From the IMG/VR virus record IMGVR_UViG_2862784999_000001, positions 1 through 64,000 of that record: a DNA stretch of 64,000 nt; one strand, written 5' to 3'. The notes beneath the pieces are model-generated. The model had not been told where the DNA came from and did not search any database. It worked only from the letters and a program-made list of their open reading frames with translations. Shown here one piece after another: positions 8,493-17,932 of this stretch (position 1 is its first letter; every line of letters begins with the position of its first letter). The position numbers and the translations under genes are program-made. The DNA comes from a virus. Lineage: Duplodnaviria; Caudoviricetes.

Positions 8493-9065
8493 TCAGAGCC
8501 CGATGTCTTCCGATGCCTTGGCTAGCGGGTTCCAGTAGCGCGCCTGAACCGTGAGGATCGCCGCAGGTGGCCGCTCCCGATATCTCCGGTACGGCCCGGC
8601 GTCCCGGAACGCTTCGGCGGTGTTGCACCTCTGACATAGCAGCCCGCGAACGAGCCCGGTCGCATGGTCGTGGTCCGTGACGAGGGTGGTTGTTGCGGAG
8701 CAAATCGCGCACCTGCTGGCCTGCCACTCTTCGATCACGGCGAGCCCGTGAACGTCCGGATCGGAGTCTCGGAGCGCGACCTCGTTCGGTAGGTCCCAGC
8801 TCCAGCATGCAGGCGCCATTCCCTCAATCCTCCGACGCACCTCTTGCTCCGCAGCTTCAGCGGCTGCCACCTCGCGGTCATATTCGGCGCGCTCCTCCGA
8901 AGTGAGGTGGCGCAGGCAGGAGCGAGGCCGCCCCTCACGCTTCGGTAGGCGCCAATACGCGAGTGGACTCTGCTGGCAGGCGGTTCCCCGCTTGGTGAGC
9001 CGGCCGCAGGGCGGTGGCGACGAGTAGGCAACCGTGTCCACGTCGAACGGGAACTTGTAGGTCAC
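8493..9065 (-). CDS. Recombination endonuclease VII-domain protein
   Basis: CAIC...DHDHATGLVRGLLCQRCN; N-terminal CGRLTKRGTAC; GTGA-coupled to the recombinase. Confidence 0.88.
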   Translation of the reverse strand: MTYKFPFDVDTVAYSSPPPCGRLTKRGTACQQSPLAYWRLPKREGRPRSCLRHLTSEERAEYDREVAAAEAAEQEVRRRIEGMAPACWSWDLPNEVALRDSDPDVHGLAVIEEWQASRCAICSATTTLVTDHDHATGLVRGLLCQRCNTAEAFRDAGPYRRYRERPPAAILTVQARYWNPLAKASEDIGL

Positions 9066-10219
9066 GGTCCCTCCTTGGATGCTGGGCGAAAGCGATCGGC
9101 GATCCCCCCGAAGAGGGCTTCGGCTGCGTCGACGTGAGCGGCGTTTCGTTGGCCCTTGTTGCGGCGCTTCCAGTAGCCGACGGTGGTGGCGGGGTTGTCG
9201 TGGTCGGCAAACGCCTGGACTTCGGCGAGGTCGACGTGATCGTCGAGCATGTGCGTGATCCGGCTGGCGCGTAGCACGTGCGGGGTGAGCTTCCGGCAGG
9301 ACTTGCACTTGGTAAAGCTGTGCTTCTCCGGCCCGTCGACCTGCGCGCAGGTGAGGACGCGGGCCTTTCGGCCAAGGCGGGTGAGGAGCCGGGCGATGTC
9401 GTGTCGGTCGAGGCGCTGGCCGGCGGAGTCGAGGAGCAGCGCCTTCTCTGTGCGTCCTGCGGTGTGCGCATCGAGGAGTTCGGCGACGGTGACGGGGAGC
9501 GGCAGGATCCGCTCCTTGTGTTCCTTACGGGTGACGTCGAGGTACGAGCGTCGTCCTCGTTCGATCCGGTCGGTGACGTCGGCGGCGCACATCTCGGAGA
9601 CGCGTCCGGCGAGGGTATAGAGGAGCAGGACGATGAGCGCGTCGAACTCGTTCTCCGCTGCCCGAACTACCGCTTGGACCTCGCCGACCTCAAGGACGGG
9701 CGTACTGCGGGAGGTGTTGCCCTTGTCGACCTTGGGCCGGTCGTCTTGGGTGACGGGGTTCCTGGGGAGGTCGATCTTCTCGGCGGCGTAGGTGTGCAGC
9801 GAGGAAAGCGCGTTGAGGTAGCGGCTGATCGTGGTCGGCGGAGTGCCACGGCCTTCCATCCGTAGTCGCCAGGCGCGGATGTGGTCGGCGGTGAAGCAGC
9901 CGAGGGCGAACCGTTCGTGGCCGAGCTCTTGGGCGTACCCGCCCCAGACGCGGCGGATGTCGTCGACGTAGTTGCGTTTGGTCTGGAGGCTGCCGCGGCG
10001 GGTGGAGGATAGCCAGTCCATGACCATGACGAAGGTGTCGGGGGTGACGGCTTCGGCGAGGAGTTCGGCGCGGGGCCGGTAGATGCGCTTCTGCCCTTGG
10101 CGGCCGACTTGGACCATGCCGAGGTCGTCGACGAGCTTGCGGCGGACTTCCTCGAACAGGTCTGAGCCGGGCAGCGCGATCGAGCGCTCGGTGCACTGTG
10201 TGGCGAGCTGGTCGGTCAC
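9062..10219 (-). CDS. Tyrosine recombinase (Xer/Cre-like resolvase type)
   Basis: Core-binding domain (TKRNY..D; TISRYLNALSSL) and catalytic residues R (GRVSEM), K (TRKEHKER), HxxR (HVLR), H (ADH), Y (TTVGY). Confidence 0.92.
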   Translation of the reverse strand: MTDQLATQCTERSIALPGSDLFEEVRRKLVDDLGMVQVGRQGQKRIYRPRAELLAEAVTPDTFVMVMDWLSSTRRGSLQTKRNYVDDIRRVWGGYAQELGHERFALGCFTADHIRAWRLRMEGRGTPPTTISRYLNALSSLHTYAAEKIDLPRNPVTQDDRPKVDKGNTSRSTPVLEVGEVQAVVRAAENEFDALIVLLLYTLAGRVSEMCAADVTDRIERGRRSYLDVTRKEHKERILPLPVTVAELLDAHTAGRTEKALLLDSAGQRLDRHDIARLLTRLGRKARVLTCAQVDGPEKHSFTKCKSCRKLTPHVLRASRITHMLDDHVDLAEVQAFADHDNPATTVGYWKRRNKGQRNAAHVDAAEALFGGIADRFRPASKEGP

Positions 10220-10220
10220 G

Positions 10221-10586
10221 TCACTGTCCCGTAGAGACGTGGATGGACTCGCCCGGCCGGTTGGCGGTGATCGGGAAGTCGTAGGCGCCGAGGATGGTGA
10301 CGAGGGCTCCGTGCATTGCCCGCTGCGCTGCCGTGTAGCGCGCTCGCACCTCCTTGCCGCCTTCATCTTCGAAAGCGATGGCGAGTCGGTCGTGGACCTC
10401 CCAGCGGACCAGGATGCAGCCGAGAGTCATGTCGGCGGTGACTGCCGCGCCTCCCGGGTCGTTTCCGTCGGCGCTCGGATCGGCGTCCATGTTCAGGAGG
10501 TTGATCCCGGCGTCGACAAGGGCGGCCCGCACGGCGTCTTCCAGGTCGATCAGAGCAGGCGTGCACTGAGGCTGAGTCATAGTCAA
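10221..10586 (-). CDS. Hypothetical protein, first gene of the recombinase operon
   Basis: Lies between the dif-like site and the recombinase, ending 2 bp from the recombinase start. Confidence 0.6.
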   Translation of the reverse strand: MTMTQPQCTPALIDLEDAVRAALVDAGINLLNMDADPSADGNDPGGAAVTADMTLGCILVRWEVHDRLAIAFEDEGGKEVRARYTAAQRAMHGALVTILGAYDFPITANRPGESIHVSTGQ

Positions 10587-10589
10587 ATG

Positions 10590-10618
10590 CTAGCGCATAA
10601 GGGAACGTTATGCGCTAG
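10590..10618. other. dif/loxP-like recombination site
   Basis: Perfect 11-bp inverted arms CTAGCGCATAA / TTATGCGCTAG around the asymmetric 7-bp spacer GGGAACG. Confidence 0.75.
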
Positions 10619-10644
10619 GCTGCCGTCTCGACTAAGGGGGATGA

Positions 10645-10824
10645 ATGAGGATTGATCAAGCGATCGACGAAGTGCTGGACGCGATCGGCGACGACCCGGA
10701 GTATGCCGAAGCCCGCCGCGAGCTGGACGCGGCATCCGACGCGCTACGCACCGGCACCACAGCCGAGGCGCACTCCCACCTCGTCACCGCGAATCGCCTC
10801 CTGGCTGAGGCTTGCCCAATTTAA
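10645..10824 (+). CDS. Small helical hypothetical protein (59 aa, not in the ORF track)
   Basis: AAGGGGG RBS; MRIDQAIDEVLDAIGDDPEYAEARREL...CPI*. Confidence 0.6.
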   Translation: MRIDQAIDEVLDAIGDDPEYAEARRELDAASDALRTGTTAEAHSHLVTANRLLAEACPI

Positions 10825-10840
10825 TGCCGCACAGACGGAT

Positions 10841-10877
10841 CGCCCCCGCCCGCCTGCCGAAGCAGGGGGCGGGGGCG
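10841..10877. terminator. Hairpin terminator at the end of the late/lysis operon
   Basis: CGCCCCCGCC...GGCGGGGGCG between convergent genes. Confidence 0.65.
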
Positions 10878-10881
10878 TTCG

Positions 10882-11040
10882 TCACCCACTCTCGGGCGGG
10901 TAGTCGGGTTCGAGGAACGGGCTGATCGACGGTGCCGGCGTCGGCTGCTCGTCGAGGCGGCCCATCTCTTCGAGGGTGTCCGCGTCCGCCGCGGCATCGT
11001 CGCGGCGGGGCCGCATCGGGATCGGCTCAGGCTGGGGCAT
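10882..11040 (-). CDS. Small acidic Pro-rich protein (52 aa) at the end of the lysis cassette
   Basis: GGAG RBS; MPQPEPIPMRPRRDDAAAD...PPESG*. Confidence 0.5.
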   Translation of the reverse strand: MPQPEPIPMRPRRDDAAADADTLEEMGRLDEQPTPAPSISPFLEPDYPPESG

Positions 11041-11054
11041 TCGCACTCCAGTTC

Positions 11055-11408
11055 TTACACGTCGATGGAGTCGAGGTAGGGCCGGGCCCGTTCCGGGATC
11101 GGCCGCGGCAGCGGCGGTTCGAGCCCCGACTTGCGGATGTAGGACACGAGTCTGCGCCGGTCCACGACCAGCCAGGAAATCGCGGCACCCTGCCCGGTGA
11201 TCTGCTCCTGCTTCACGACAGAGTCCGATTCGAGTTCACTGATCCGGCTCCCCTGGCGGCCGATCTCCTTCTCCATACGGTCGGTGACCGCGGTGAAGTC
11301 ATCCCGCTTCTCCTGCCGCTTCGTCCGACGTGCGGACCGCGCGGAGACGACGCCGCCAGCTGCCGCGACCACCGCCATCCCCGCCTGAACCCAGGTGTCT
11401 ACGCCCAT
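11055..11408 (-). CDS. Lysis-associated membrane-anchored coiled-coil protein
   Basis: N-terminal TM segment (AGMAVVAAAGGVV) followed by a coiled coil; TAATG coupling. Confidence 0.75.
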   Translation of the reverse strand: MGVDTWVQAGMAVVAAAGGVVSARSARRTKRQEKRDDFTAVTDRMEKEIGRQGSRISELESDSVVKQEQITGQGAAISWLVVDRRRLVSYIRKSGLEPPLPRPIPERARPYLDSIDV

Positions 11409-11833
11409 TACTCGACTCGCACTCTCTTCACGCGGGGCGGCTCGCGCCATCCCGCTACAACCAGCACGGGAACGGCGATCGCAGTCCACACCGAGGCGGC
11501 GACCCAGCCTCTGGGGAAGTCGCCCTGCAGCCATGCGGTCAGATAGGACAGCATCCACGGCAGCACGATCAGCGGCAGCACCAGGAAGCCGACCCAGTCG
11601 GCGCCCTGGGGAAGCCAGGCCGAGATGACGCCGGCGAGTCCTGCCGCAATCCACAGCCAGCCCCACACGTGCAGCGACATGATCTGCGTGGCGAGGGTCA
11701 GGCCGCGTTGGTCGGGCTGCGGGGAGACGAGTTGCGCGTACCCGTACAGCGTCCACACGGTTCCGTAGGGCAGCAAGAAAGCCCCTCGACGGCCAAGCAC
11801 CTTGCTCAGCCGTCGGGCGGCACGACGGTGCAT
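11408..11833 (-). CDS. Lysis-associated 4-TM membrane protein
   Basis: Four hydrophobic segments; lies downstream of the holin. Confidence 0.8.
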   Translation of the reverse strand: MHRRAARRLSKVLGRRGAFLLPYGTVWTLYGYAQLVSPQPDQRGLTLATQIMSLHVWGWLWIAAGLAGVISAWLPQGADWVGFLVLPLIVLPWMLSYLTAWLQGDFPRGWVAASVWTAIAVPVLVVAGWREPPRVKRVRVE

Positions 11834-12202
11834 CTACACCACCGTCGGGCTGGTGCCGACCGAGGCGGGTGCCGCCGGGCTGGACGGGGAGACCTGAGCT
11901 CGGGTCAGGAGGGTGAGCGTTGCCAGGACGACCGTGTTGATCGCGCCGACCGTCGACTGCGACACGTCGTAGCCGAGGGTTCCGACCAGGACAGCGCCCG
12001 CGGCGACGATCGCTGTGAAGGCCTGCGGGGCGATCGGGCGGGTCATGGCCGCGGCGATACCGCCGAGGATCGCGGAGACGGCCGCGACGATGGCGCCAGC
12101 GGTCTCGGCGGACAGGCTGGTGACGCCGAGGCTGACGATCAGGCCGAGCACGGCAGACAGCGTGTTCAGAACCACGACCGGTTCCTTGCCGAAGATTCTC
12201 AC
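11834..12202 (-). CDS. Holin-like membrane protein
   Basis: RIFGKEPVVVL...TRAQVSP with 4 TM segments, directly after the endolysin. Confidence 0.8.
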   Translation of the reverse strand: MRIFGKEPVVVLNTLSAVLGLIVSLGVTSLSAETAGAIVAAVSAILGGIAAAMTRPIAPQAFTAIVAAGAVLVGTLGYDVSQSTVGAINTVVLATLTLLTRAQVSPSSPAAPASVGTSPTVV

Positions 12203-12204
12203 GT

Positions 12205-13143
12205 TCAGGACTCCTGTCCGGTGACGGCGACGTCGACCTTGATGACGGCGTCGGCGATGGCCTTGTCCACCGCGGCCACCACGGCCGCCGTGTCGACGTT
12301 CTTGCCGAGCTGGCCAGCGATCGCGGTGATCGCGGCGGACTGTGCGGCGAGCGTCTTGTTCGCGTTGTCGAGGCGCTTGAGGATCTCGGTGACCGAACTC
12401 GACAGCGTCCAGGTCGGGTTGGTCTTCGGTGCGCCCGGGACGACGATGACGCCGTCGTAGGTGAGGACGGCTTTCGCGACCTCGGCGGCAGTGGGCATGT
12501 CGTCCTCCTGGGCGGGGGTGGTGCCGCCGCTGACGGCGGCGAGGATGGCGGCCATCGGGAACTGGCCCGGGTCGCCGTGGTCGTTTTCGGGGACGTGCTG
12601 GTGGCCGCAGTGGCCGGTGAAGGCTGTCCACTTCGAGGGGGACATGCGGACGCCGTTGTCGCCGTAGCTGCCCGGGTACGCCTTGAACGTGACCGTGGAG
12701 GTGAGCGGCACGCCGTGCTGATCGTGGGCCCACTTCGCGAACGCGGCGAGGTCTCGGATCGCCCAGTCGGGCAGCTCGGGCGTGTACAGGTGGGCGTAGC
12801 CGGCCTTCGTCCACTTGGCGTGGGTGGCCGGGTCGCAGGTGCCGACGATCTCGATCTGGCAGACGTTGAGGGTGTTCGTCTCGACGCCGCCCGCCTTGTT
12901 GACGAGGGCGCGGGCGGACACGTCGAAGTCGAAGTGCTGGTACCAGACGAGGCGCTTGGCGGCGAAGTCCGGCTTCGCGGTGAGGTTCGGCGCCTCCGCT
13001 CCCCCGCTGTACGAGGGGAGAGACGTTCCTTCGGTGGTGTGCCAGACGATCACGTTCGACTCCATGACGGAGCCCGGGTACTTCGTCCCGTACCAGTAGG
13101 CAGTCGATGCGCCGGGGTAGCGCTGCGGGCCTGTCCTGGCCAT
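12205..13143 (-). CDS. Endolysin, N-acetylmuramoyl-L-alanine amidase (Amidase_2)
   Basis: VWHTTEG, QIEIVG and GHQHVPENDHGDPG Zn-amidase motifs. Confidence 0.9.
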   Translation of the reverse strand: MARTGPQRYPGASTAYWYGTKYPGSVMESNVIVWHTTEGTSLPSYSGGAEAPNLTAKPDFAAKRLVWYQHFDFDVSARALVNKAGGVETNTLNVCQIEIVGTCDPATHAKWTKAGYAHLYTPELPDWAIRDLAAFAKWAHDQHGVPLTSTVTFKAYPGSYGDNGVRMSPSKWTAFTGHCGHQHVPENDHGDPGQFPMAAILAAVSGGTTPAQEDDMPTAAEVAKAVLTYDGVIVVPGAPKTNPTWTLSSSVTEILKRLDNANKTLAAQSAAITAIAGQLGKNVDTAAVVAAVDKAIADAVIKVDVAVTGQES

Positions 13144-13208
13144 GAGGCCCCCAATCAGGGCATAGAAAAAGCCCCAGTTCAGGGGCGCGGGCGTGGTGCT
13201 GTGGGGGG

Positions 13209-13829
13209 TTAGAGGGAGACGGTGACGCCGTTGAAGCCGATCCACGGCGGTTTCACGTCCGTGCCGATGCCGAAAATCACGAGGTAGCCGTCGGTCTGCA
13301 CGTCGAGCTTGAGGGTGATGCGCTCGCTGCTGATGTCCGAGCAGGGCACGACGACGGTGCGGAGGGTGGTCGGCCGGACTGACGTCGGCAGGGCGGAGGC
13401 GTTCACGGCGTAGCTGGACGGCGGGGACGCCGGATACGAGGTCCGGTTCACCGCGCCGCGGAGCTGCAGGGAGTCCTCGCCGGAGACGTTCAGCCGGCGG
13501 TACTGCAGGTTGCCGTTGCTGTTGCCGTTCTGCGTGAAGCCGGAGGCCAGGCTGATCGTCGTCCACGACGAGGTACCGACAGACATGGCCACCCACGCGG
13601 TGCCGTCGTACACGTCGAGGCGTCCCACATCGGTCAGCCACGTCATCATGCCGGGGACCGGAGCCGAGGACCCGACGAGAGTGGCGCCCCGTGCGGACGC
13701 CGACGCGAACGTCATCCTCAACCGAGGCAACACCCCCGCGGCGAACAGAGCGATGGCGTCAGGGATCGACGGGGCGTCCGTCATCGACCAGAGGCCGATG
13801 CCCTGCCCGTAGCCGTCCGTGGTGGACAT
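13209..13829 (-). CDS. Minor tail / receptor-binding protein
   Basis: FASASAR...PVPGMMTWLTD..RLDVYDGTAW, then a beta-rich head domain (LPTSVRP). Confidence 0.75.
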   Translation of the reverse strand: MSTTDGYGQGIGLWSMTDAPSIPDAIALFAAGVLPRLRMTFASASARGATLVGSSAPVPGMMTWLTDVGRLDVYDGTAWVAMSVGTSSWTTISLASGFTQNGNSNGNLQYRRLNVSGEDSLQLRGAVNRTSYPASPPSSYAVNASALPTSVRPTTLRTVVVPCSDISSERITLKLDVQTDGYLVIFGIGTDVKPPWIGFNGVTVSL

Positions 13830-13837
13830 GCGGTCTC

Positions 13838-14599
13838 CTATCCGATGCGGGTGACGCACAGGGTGGAACCCTGCGCGAGGCGAGTACTGGCAGCGTTGGA
13901 GACGGCTTGCGCCCACTGAAGAGTGACGGAGCCTGCCGTTGTCGTCGTGACGATGCCTTCCTCGATGGCGCACGCCTGGTTGGTTGAGGAGTCCCGGTCG
14001 CCGTAGGTGCAGGCAGTGCTGAAGTTGTGGACGCCCCAGCGCCCCTGCCCGCCGGACGAGGTGGCCGACAGGACGGTGCCCTGGTCTGCGCCCACCGCGG
14101 ACCGGTTACCGGTCCAGCCGGCGGGCACCGACCACATCGTCTTGAACCGGCCAGCCGGGCTGCTGCTGACCAGGTCGATCGCGGCGTAGTGCAGCCAGAA
14201 CTCGACGCGGTAGACGGCGTTCGCATCCAGCAGGCATGTGAGGTCGGGATCGTCGGTGAACGTCGTCGTGCTGCTGCGGTCGGTGTTGGCGGGCTTGTAC
14301 CGGTAGACCGACATGTAGAGCGGGGTTGCGCTGGTGGCGAGCCGGTTGAGGGCGATTAGGTTGCCGCTGCTCGACTGGCTGACGACGGCGACGTCCCCGA
14401 TGGTCGGGCTGACGTAGGAGGATAGGCAGCGCCAGACGAGGCCGTCCGCGGTGATCGTGCCGGCCCCCACTGCGGTGACGGTGGCGAGGCGCCAGTCCGC
14501 GCCGCGCACTGAGGGGGCCTGTTCGCCGACCCGTTTCGCTTGGCCTTGGAGTGCGGTGGTGAGGGCGGAGCGGATCGCGTGGTCGCTGCTCGTCGTCAC
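13838..14599 (-). CDS. Minor tail protein
   Basis: RLATVTAV...YVSPTIGDV OB-like N-terminus and a C-terminal beta sandwich; tail-tip synteny. Confidence 0.75.
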   Translation of the reverse strand: MTTSSDHAIRSALTTALQGQAKRVGEQAPSVRGADWRLATVTAVGAGTITADGLVWRCLSSYVSPTIGDVAVVSQSSSGNLIALNRLATSATPLYMSVYRYKPANTDRSSTTTFTDDPDLTCLLDANAVYRVEFWLHYAAIDLVSSSPAGRFKTMWSVPAGWTGNRSAVGADQGTVLSATSSGGQGRWGVHNFSTACTYGDRDSSTNQACAIEEGIVTTTTAGSVTLQWAQAVSNAASTRLAQGSTLCVTRIG

Positions 14600-15687
14600 G
14601 AGTCCTCCTTGGCGGAGATCGTCGCGATGGGAAAGTCGCCGCCTTCGTCGAGCGGGACGGAGAACGAGGCGACCTGGTGGAGTTCACGGCTCTGGTCCTC
14701 GTGCATCACGCGCAGCACGTCGCCGGGTTCGAGCGCAGGGTTGGGCAGGCTGGAGAAGTCGCCGGACGCGTTCGGGGCCTTGGACTGGGCGAGCTTGAGG
14801 TTCGCGGCCTGCGTGCATGCGGCGAGTGTCATCAGCGTCGACGAGGAGAAGAACATCGGTCTCCGCCCGAAGGGTCCGCCCCAGTACGTCGGGGAGTTCA
14901 CGTCGGTGTCGGTGGCCAGGTAGGAGACGGGCGGAATGTTGTCGGTCGTGTTCTCGCCGCGCGCCAGGACGCCGTTGAATACGTTGTCCGAGGTCATGGC
15001 CCGGTTGCCGGAGATGTAGACGCCACCCTCGGTGGCCTCAACCGCCCACACGGGCGGGGTCGTCAGCAGCTCAGGCAGGGTGGCGATGATGAAGACGCCG
15101 TCGGCGTTCGGGTACACCTCGGCGCCAGCCGCCGCCGCGATCTCCTGCGCGCCGGCCCACGGATCCGCTTCGACGTCGAAGGCGCGTGATCCGATGGGGG
15201 CGTCGACGATGAGGCCGAGGATGTCCGCGTCGGGGATGCTCCGCTGGATCAGGCTGGATACGGCACCGACGACCGTCCCGGACACAGTGAACGGCAAGGT
15301 GAACTTGTCGTCGGCGACGATCGCAGACAGATCCTTGCCGGTCAGGGTGATCGGGCCGTCGTTGATGTCGCCGCCGACCGAGTCCAGCCGGAAAAGCCCG
15401 AGTGGCACGAGTTCCTCGGTACCGTCCCCGAAGTACACGCCGCGGGAGATCCGGAGCCGGGCCCCATAGGTGGCGAGCTGGTCAGTCGGCGAGCGCGGGA
15501 TCAGGGCCGGGTCGGGGCAGGTGACCGAGCAGGTCCGCCGGGTTGCCTGCCCGCGGTCCACGGTCACCGACCCGCCCGTATGGTCGAGGTCGATGACCTG
15601 GCCGGTCGTCAGGAACAGTTGGACGCGCGTGGCTACCTGGTGGGACTCGGCGAGCCGGGCCAGGAAGCGGTCGGAGACGGGGTACAA
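14596..15687 (-). CDS. Minor tail (baseplate hub-like, DUF5047-like) protein
   Basis: GGSVTVDR...RRTCSV...VPLGLFRL...PNPALEPGD. Confidence 0.8.
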   Translation of the reverse strand: MYPVSDRFLARLAESHQVATRVQLFLTTGQVIDLDHTGGSVTVDRGQATRRTCSVTCPDPALIPRSPTDQLATYGARLRISRGVYFGDGTEELVPLGLFRLDSVGGDINDGPITLTGKDLSAIVADDKFTLPFTVSGTVVGAVSSLIQRSIPDADILGLIVDAPIGSRAFDVEADPWAGAQEIAAAAGAEVYPNADGVFIIATLPELLTTPPVWAVEATEGGVYISGNRAMTSDNVFNGVLARGENTTDNIPPVSYLATDTDVNSPTYWGGPFGRRPMFFSSSTLMTLAACTQAANLKLAQSKAPNASGDFSSLPNPALEPGDVLRVMHEDQSRELHQVASFSVPLDEGGDFPIATISAKEDS

Positions 15688-15690
15688 AGC

Positions 15691-17922
15691 TCACCCCATT
15701 CGCCGGTCGAGCAGCAAGTCCTCGCAGGTGGCGTACACGGCGAGAAGGTCCGCACAGGTATCGAATTCGGTCACGACGTCCTGCCAGGTACGGCCCGCCG
15801 CGCCGTTCACCGCGGTCGTCACCGGCATGTCCTGCTCAGTGAGAGGCAGCGTCCACGTCCGCCATGGCTCCTGAGCCGGCCCGCCGATCCGGCCCTCGGA
15901 GACGCCGGCGACGGACACGTACATGTCGTCGACGCCCATCCCCGGATTGGCCTGCCAAAGCAGCGTGTTGCCGGAGCTGAGGAGGGTGCGGAGCGCGATC
16001 CGTTCCTCGTCCGTGCGAGTCCAGACAGCAAGGCTGCCCTCCAGCCCGCCGCGGATACCAGACAGAACAACCGCCCGGCGCCGGCCTCGCACCCGTTGCA
16101 CGGACTGCTGGATCGGCTGCTCCCAATCCGGGGGCCCCTGCACCACGACGCGCATGTTGCGCTGCGGGTTCCCGGGGTCCTTCAGCCACGTTTCGTTGAT
16201 GTCGGCGAGCGACAGGACGGCTGGCGCGGAGGTCCGCGAGGAGGGTCCCGCGCTGGGACTCGACCGCATCTCGATGCGGTAGTAGACGCTCACCCCGATG
16301 GGCGCCTCGTGGTCCTCGATGACGAGGATGTCCGAGGTGATGGCCTGCTGGTTGACCAGCCCGGATGTTCCCCGGACGAGGGCGCGCGCCCCGTCAGGCG
16401 TGATCCGGTAGACGGTGAGGAGCCAGTCGAGCGGCAGTTCGCGCAGGGTCAGTTGGATGTAGCCGCTGTCGTCGACGGCTTGGACGGATGTCAGGGGCAG
16501 GACTTGCCACAGGACGACCTGGTCGATGTGGAGAACACTCGACGTCGCCGAGGCGGTGGGGATGAGCTCGATGGCTGCCTGCGTCGCGGTGGCCGGTGCC
16601 ACGGCGTCGCTGGCCAGCGCGTACCAGGAGCCGCCAGGGATGGCGTACAGGGTGCCGGTGGATGCTCCGAGGTCCGTGTTGGAGGCGTTGTACCAGCGGA
16701 CCTTGATGGTGATGTTGGTCCACGATCCGGCGCCGACGTGAGCAAGGATCTGTGCCCGGAAGTTCTGTCCGGCCGCGCCGGGTGTAGCGAACTTCGCCGA
16801 GCGCAGCGTCGAAGCTGTCGCCGTGGACGAGGCGACGTTGAGGGCGTAGGAGCCTTCGAAGTACGCGTTACCCCATGGGGTCGTCCGCGACAGCACGGCG
16901 ATACCGGACGCAGTCGTCCACCCTGCGACGCCCTGCTCGAAGCCGGTGTCGGCATACGGCATGACCGAACCGGCCTGCAGCTTCGTAGCTGCAGTGACAA
17001 CAACGGTCTCCAGGCGGAGCACCTGTCCGGCAGTCGCCGAGTCCACGCCGGCCGCGACAGAGCAGGTCGCCGCGTTCGACGGCGCCGCCAGCGACGCCCG
17101 CTGCCGGTACATGCCGGTGCCGGGGGCGGCCAGCGTCGACTTCTGGGCGGCGATCTGCGTGCCGGACCCGTCGTAGAAGCGCAGCTCGATCCACGTCGTC
17201 GACCCGGAGGTGGGCGGCTGCAGGTAGGCGTAAGCCAGGTACTCGGTGCCCGGGGTGACTGTCGGCCGGTCGATGGCCAGGGCCGAGGCGTTGCCGTTGG
17301 CGACCGCCGTGATCGCCAGGGTGTGCCCGCCGACGTTGTACGCGTCGACCGCCCACGAAACGACGGGGACCTGACGGGAGATGGCCGCGTTGGTGATGGA
17401 CGCCCAGCCCGCAGCGTCAATCTCCGCAGACTCGGTGTTGAAGTTCAGGAGGTTGCCGACCGTGCGGATCGGTAGCCCGAGGTAGACGTTCTCCCAGTAG
17501 TGATTGACCGTGGAGCCGACCTCGGTCGACGAGAGCAGCACCTGCGCCTGCGTTGCTGTCGCAGGTGCTGCCCCCGCCACGCTCACCCGGTGCCAGCCGG
17601 ATGATGCGGCAGCCGTGGTGAGCGACCAGGTGACGCTCACCTCAGTGCCCGTCGCTGTCAGCCAGCGGATGCCGATGCGTTCGGCGACCACCCCGGCCGT
17701 GTCGGAGAACGCCTGGTAGACGGTCCCGGCGACGACCGGATAGGAGGAGACGGTGCGGGCCTGGATCTCACCCGCGGCGACGGACTTGACGACGAGGCAG
17801 CCATCCCCGTTCCGGCCGCCCGTCCCCTTGGCGATCGTGCAGTTGAGCTTGGACGTCCACCCGGAGGTGTTCGGGTCGATGGACTCAGTGGTCGAGCTGA
17901 GGAGGTTTCCGGGGATCGCCAA
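15691..17922 (-). CDS. Distal tail protein with three tandem carbohydrate-binding-like domains
   Basis: Three ~150-aa repeats (GNLL...GW...WY/F..ASG...A.AP.TATQA) followed by a Dit-like C-terminus (DHEAP...WLKDP...WTLPLTEQD). Confidence 0.75.
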   Translation of the reverse strand: MAIPGNLLSSTTESIDPNTSGWTSKLNCTIAKGTGGRNGDGCLVVKSVAAGEIQARTVSSYPVVAGTVYQAFSDTAGVVAERIGIRWLTATGTEVSVTWSLTTAAASSGWHRVSVAGAAPATATQAQVLLSSTEVGSTVNHYWENVYLGLPIRTVGNLLNFNTESAEIDAAGWASITNAAISRQVPVVSWAVDAYNVGGHTLAITAVANGNASALAIDRPTVTPGTEYLAYAYLQPPTSGSTTWIELRFYDGSGTQIAAQKSTLAAPGTGMYRQRASLAAPSNAATCSVAAGVDSATAGQVLRLETVVVTAATKLQAGSVMPYADTGFEQGVAGWTTASGIAVLSRTTPWGNAYFEGSYALNVASSTATASTLRSAKFATPGAAGQNFRAQILAHVGAGSWTNITIKVRWYNASNTDLGASTGTLYAIPGGSWYALASDAVAPATATQAAIELIPTASATSSVLHIDQVVLWQVLPLTSVQAVDDSGYIQLTLRELPLDWLLTVYRITPDGARALVRGTSGLVNQQAITSDILVIEDHEAPIGVSVYYRIEMRSSPSAGPSSRTSAPAVLSLADINETWLKDPGNPQRNMRVVVQGPPDWEQPIQQSVQRVRGRRRAVVLSGIRGGLEGSLAVWTRTDEERIALRTLLSSGNTLLWQANPGMGVDDMYVSVAGVSEGRIGGPAQEPWRTWTLPLTEQDMPVTTAVNGAAGRTWQDVVTEFDTCADLLAVYATCEDLLLDRRMG

Positions 17923-17932
17923 GATGGCCTCC

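Noticed and set aside
9062-10219. Tyrosine recombinase as the prophage integrase
   Set aside because: It is about 9 kb from the att junction and has its own symmetric dif-like site; the true integrase is probably beyond the right edge. Not excluded experimentally
15580-17475. 631-aa plus-strand ORF
   Set aside because: Antisense to the distal tail gene, which has clear domain repeats and synteny
13209-17922. Diversity-generating retroelement or tail-fibre shufflon
   Set aside because: No reverse transcriptase, no template/variable repeat pair, and no repeated crossover sites seen around the tail genes
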